Made by a program: the position numbers and the translations under genes. The notes beneath the pieces are model-generated. The model saw only the letters and a program-made list of their open reading frames with translations. It did not search any database and had not been told where the DNA came from. A stretch of DNA of 64,000 nucleotides from Thainema sp. (GTDB lineage: Bacteria; Cyanobacteriota; Cyanobacteriia; Phormidesmidales; Phormidesmidaceae): positions 1-64,000 of the forward strand of contig JBQLZK010000031.1 of assembly GCA_052168235.1 (NCBI GenBank), given 5' to 3'. Positions within the stretch are counted from its first letter, which is position 1, and each line of letters begins with the position of its first letter. Below are positions 61,592 through 64,000 of the stretch, one piece after another.

Positions 61592-62338
61592 CTATTTCCC
61601 CCCCGCCACATCAATAAACGTACCAGTCGTATACGACGCATCCGCCGACAGCAACCACAGGATTGCCTTGGCGACTTCGCTGGCCTGACCGCCGCGCTTC
61701 ATCGGCACAAATTCTTTAACTCGCTCCACCCGATTCGGTTCACCCCCGCTGGCGTGAATATCGGTGTAAATGAAACCGGGACGGACTGCATTTACTCGAA
61801 TCCCTTCGTCGGCCACTTCTTTGGCAAGGCCAATCGTCAGGGTGTCAATGGCCCCTTTGGAAGCGGCATAGTCTACATATTCACCCGGAGAGCCTAAGCG
61901 AGACGCAACCGATGAGACATTGACGATTGCGCCACCACTGCCGCCCCGTTTGGTAGACATTCGTTTAATCGCTTCTCTCGCACATAAAAAACTGCCCGTA
62001 ATATTGGCAGCAAAAATTCGGTTTAGTCGAGCCGCATCGACCTGTTCAACTCGGATTTGCTGTTCCAAAATACCCGCATTATTAACCAGAGCCGTTACTT
62101 TTCCCAACTGTTTATCTACAGTTTCAAACAGGCGCATTACATCAGTTTCAGACGCCACATCAGCCGCGATCGCAATTGCTTTGCCGCCCATTTGTTGAAT
62201 GGAGTTGACAACACGATTGGCTGCGTCTTGATTGCGGAGATAGTTTACACAAACCGCATATCCCTGCTCAGCCGCCAGACAAGCCGTAGCCGCACCAATG
62301 CCGCGACTGCCACCTGTAATAATTAGGACTTTATCCAT
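61592..62338 (-). CDS. Short-chain dehydrogenase/reductase
   Basis: TGGSRGIG, NNAG, YAASK. Confidence 0.95.
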   Translation of the reverse strand: MDKVLIITGGSRGIGAATACLAAEQGYAVCVNYLRNQDAANRVVNSIQQMGGKAIAIAADVASETDVMRLFETVDKQLGKVTALVNNAGILEQQIRVEQVDAARLNRIFAANITGSFLCAREAIKRMSTKRGGSGGAIVNVSSVASRLGSPGEYVDYAASKGAIDTLTIGLAKEVADEGIRVNAVRPGFIYTDIHASGGEPNRVERVKEFVPMKRGGQASEVAKAILWLLSADASYTTGTFIDVAGGK

Positions 62339-62352
62339 TCGTCATAATACCT

Positions 62353-62916
62353 TCAGGCTCTTAGTTTGATGTAGAAAAGATGTTTACCGGACGACAAGCA
62401 TTGCGAACAAGTATCAGCCAAGGCTTTCAGTAAGTAGATAAATCCCTCGATTGAATCATCTTCATATCGTTGACTGAGAGAAACTTCTTCAAACAGTTTG
62501 ATGTACTGCTCGGGGGTGAGCTGGCGGCGATTGCGATAGATTGAGCCAGCATACTGAAGAAATTCAATGTCGCTCGTTTCCTGATAGTGCTGCGGCAAGT
62601 TTTTGAATCCTGCTAAGGTTTCTTGTTTGACAATATCTAATGAGACTTGTGCTGATTTAATATCTGTCGGCTCAAGATAGGCAACTTCTGACTGCAAAAA
62701 ATCGAGGCCACTTTCCTGATAGTGTTCGCAGACATAGCGAATGACCCATAGGTAATACCAATTTGTGGAAAACGACTGTCTTAGCGTACCGTTGTCATAC
62801 CAAGTTTTTAACTCGTCAAACGTGAAACCTGATAAGGCTGCATTCGGATCCTGCATATCCGCTAAGCCTGGATCAGGTTCAACAGGCATAAATAAAATTG
62901 GCGTTCCGGATGTCAT
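62353..62916 (-). CDS. Hypothetical protein
   Basis: 187-aa ORF tightly packed between same-strand genes. Confidence 0.7.
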   Translation of the reverse strand: MTSGTPILFMPVEPDPGLADMQDPNAALSGFTFDELKTWYDNGTLRQSFSTNWYYLWVIRYVCEHYQESGLDFLQSEVAYLEPTDIKSAQVSLDIVKQETLAGFKNLPQHYQETSDIEFLQYAGSIYRNRRQLTPEQYIKLFEEVSLSQRYEDDSIEGFIYLLKALADTCSQCLSSGKHLFYIKLRA

Positions 62917-62924
62917 GAGATGGT

Positions 62925-63548
62925 TTACTTCTGTGCTTGAATTACCTGTAAACTGCCGCCCGCATGTAAATCTGAGCGAGCAATCTTGAATCCTACCTGT
63001 TCTAGAAGCTGCGGCAAATTGCTGTTAATTAGCTTCCAGGCTGTTTCCGTTTCAAACAGCCACATGAATGTTGCTAAACCGGGCCAGAAAATTGGATTGG
63101 TCGGCTTGTGCAGGTCAACCAGCGCAAAATATCCGCCCGGACGCAGCACTCGATAGACTTCCCGCAAAATTTGCTGGAGCTGATCTGGCTGCATTTCGTG
63201 CAGCGCAACGCTGGTATGCACCAGGCCAAATTCCTGATCGGCAAAGGGCAAATCCTCCGCCCAGCCTTCCACATAGTTCGCTGCGGGCACATTGTGCTGA
63301 GCCCGCTGAATCGATTTCGGGGACGCATCGAGACCCGTAACCTGTTGCGATCGCATCACCAAAAACTGAGTGGTTTGTCCACTGCCGCAGCAGAGGTCTA
63401 GCACCTTTGTTTCGGCCTCAATTGGTAACTCGCGCAACGCCAACTGCCGAAACCGGGCTTCTCCACCCACGCTGAGAGCCGACAAGCGAGAAATCCCGTC
63501 ATAGAGCCATTGATAGCGATAGCTTAAATCGCGCAGGATAGTTGCCAT
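62925..63548 (-). CDS. Class I SAM-dependent methyltransferase
   Basis: VLDLCCGSG, GLDAS, ALHEM, RVLRPGG. Confidence 0.92.
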   Translation of the reverse strand: MATILRDLSYRYQWLYDGISRLSALSVGGEARFRQLALRELPIEAETKVLDLCCGSGQTTQFLVMRSQQVTGLDASPKSIQRAQHNVPAANYVEGWAEDLPFADQEFGLVHTSVALHEMQPDQLQQILREVYRVLRPGGYFALVDLHKPTNPIFWPGLATFMWLFETETAWKLINSNLPQLLEQVGFKIARSDLHAGGSLQVIQAQK

Positions 63549-63612
63549 AGGGGTAGACCAGTTGGTTTGATTTAGAATGGTAAATCTGAGTAAAACAGTA
63601 CACCGTTGAGCC

Positions 63613-64000
63613 ATGATTGTCGTTGCGGCGTTTTATAAATTTGTCCATCTGCCTGATTTTGCCGATCAACAGCAGCAGATCCAGACTCTGTGTTGCGATC
63701 GCAACATTCGCGGCACAATTCTGCTAGCGGAAGAAGGGATCAACGGCACAATTGCAGGCACTCGCGCCGATATTGACGCCGTGTTTGATACGCTGCGACA
63801 GGATTCACGGCTCGCTGATCTCTCACCACAGGAGTCTTATAGCGATGAGCAGCCATTTGGCCGGATGAAAGTGAAGCTTAAGTCCGAAATTGTCACGCTG
63901 GGTAAGCCGGATATCAATCCAACCTGCCAGGTCGGTGAATACGTTGATCCGCAGGAGTGGAACCAGCTAATCGCCAGTCCCGATACGCTGGTGATTGACA
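63613..64000 (+). CDS. trhO: tRNA uridine(34) hydroxylase / rhodanese-related protein (5' part, runs off the window)
   Basis: MIVVAAFYKF...RGTILLAEEGINGTIAG...RMKVKLKSEIVTLG...YVDPQEWN. Confidence 0.88.
   Translation, partial: MIVVAAFYKFVHLPDFADQQQQIQTLCCDRNIRGTILLAEEGINGTIAGTRADIDAVFDTLRQDSRLADLSPQESYSDEQPFGRMKVKLKSEIVTLGKPDINPTCQVGEYVDPQEWNQLIASPDTLVID

Overview
Chromosomal window from a cyanobacterium: it carries the apcABC allophycocyanin operon and very frequent HIP1 GCGATCGC, mostly as the decamer TGCGATCGCA. Gene and repeat style suggest a filamentous Leptolyngbya-like lineage (inference). There are about 50 CDS, including housekeeping genes (apcABC, ackA, hemE, gshB, pyk, partial trhO), one tRNA-Ser(TGA), three nucleobase-type transport systems (two with near-identical canonical NtcA boxes) and many signalling genes. 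No CRISPR array, rRNA, transposase or integrase was seen. The most interesting candidates are: (1) a POTRA-less Omp85 barrel followed by an 831-aa protein fusing a His/Cys extracytoplasmic domain to a CPBP/CAAX membrane domain, reminiscent of a fused LnsAB lipoprotein N-acylation system; (2) an MHYT + insert-Cys cyanobacteriochrome hybrid kinase coupled to a c-di-GMP enzyme; (3) several families of ~90-110 bp hairpin mini-elements that show compensatory stem changes and insert into one another; (4) a flavin reductase / M20 / DUF1611 operon beside gshB; (5) a HIP1-free islet downstream of tRNA-Ser bounded by a tandem 82-bp repeat with dif-like cores; (6) HIP1-centred insertion and deletion events. 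All protein calls come from motifs recognised by eye; no database searches were run.
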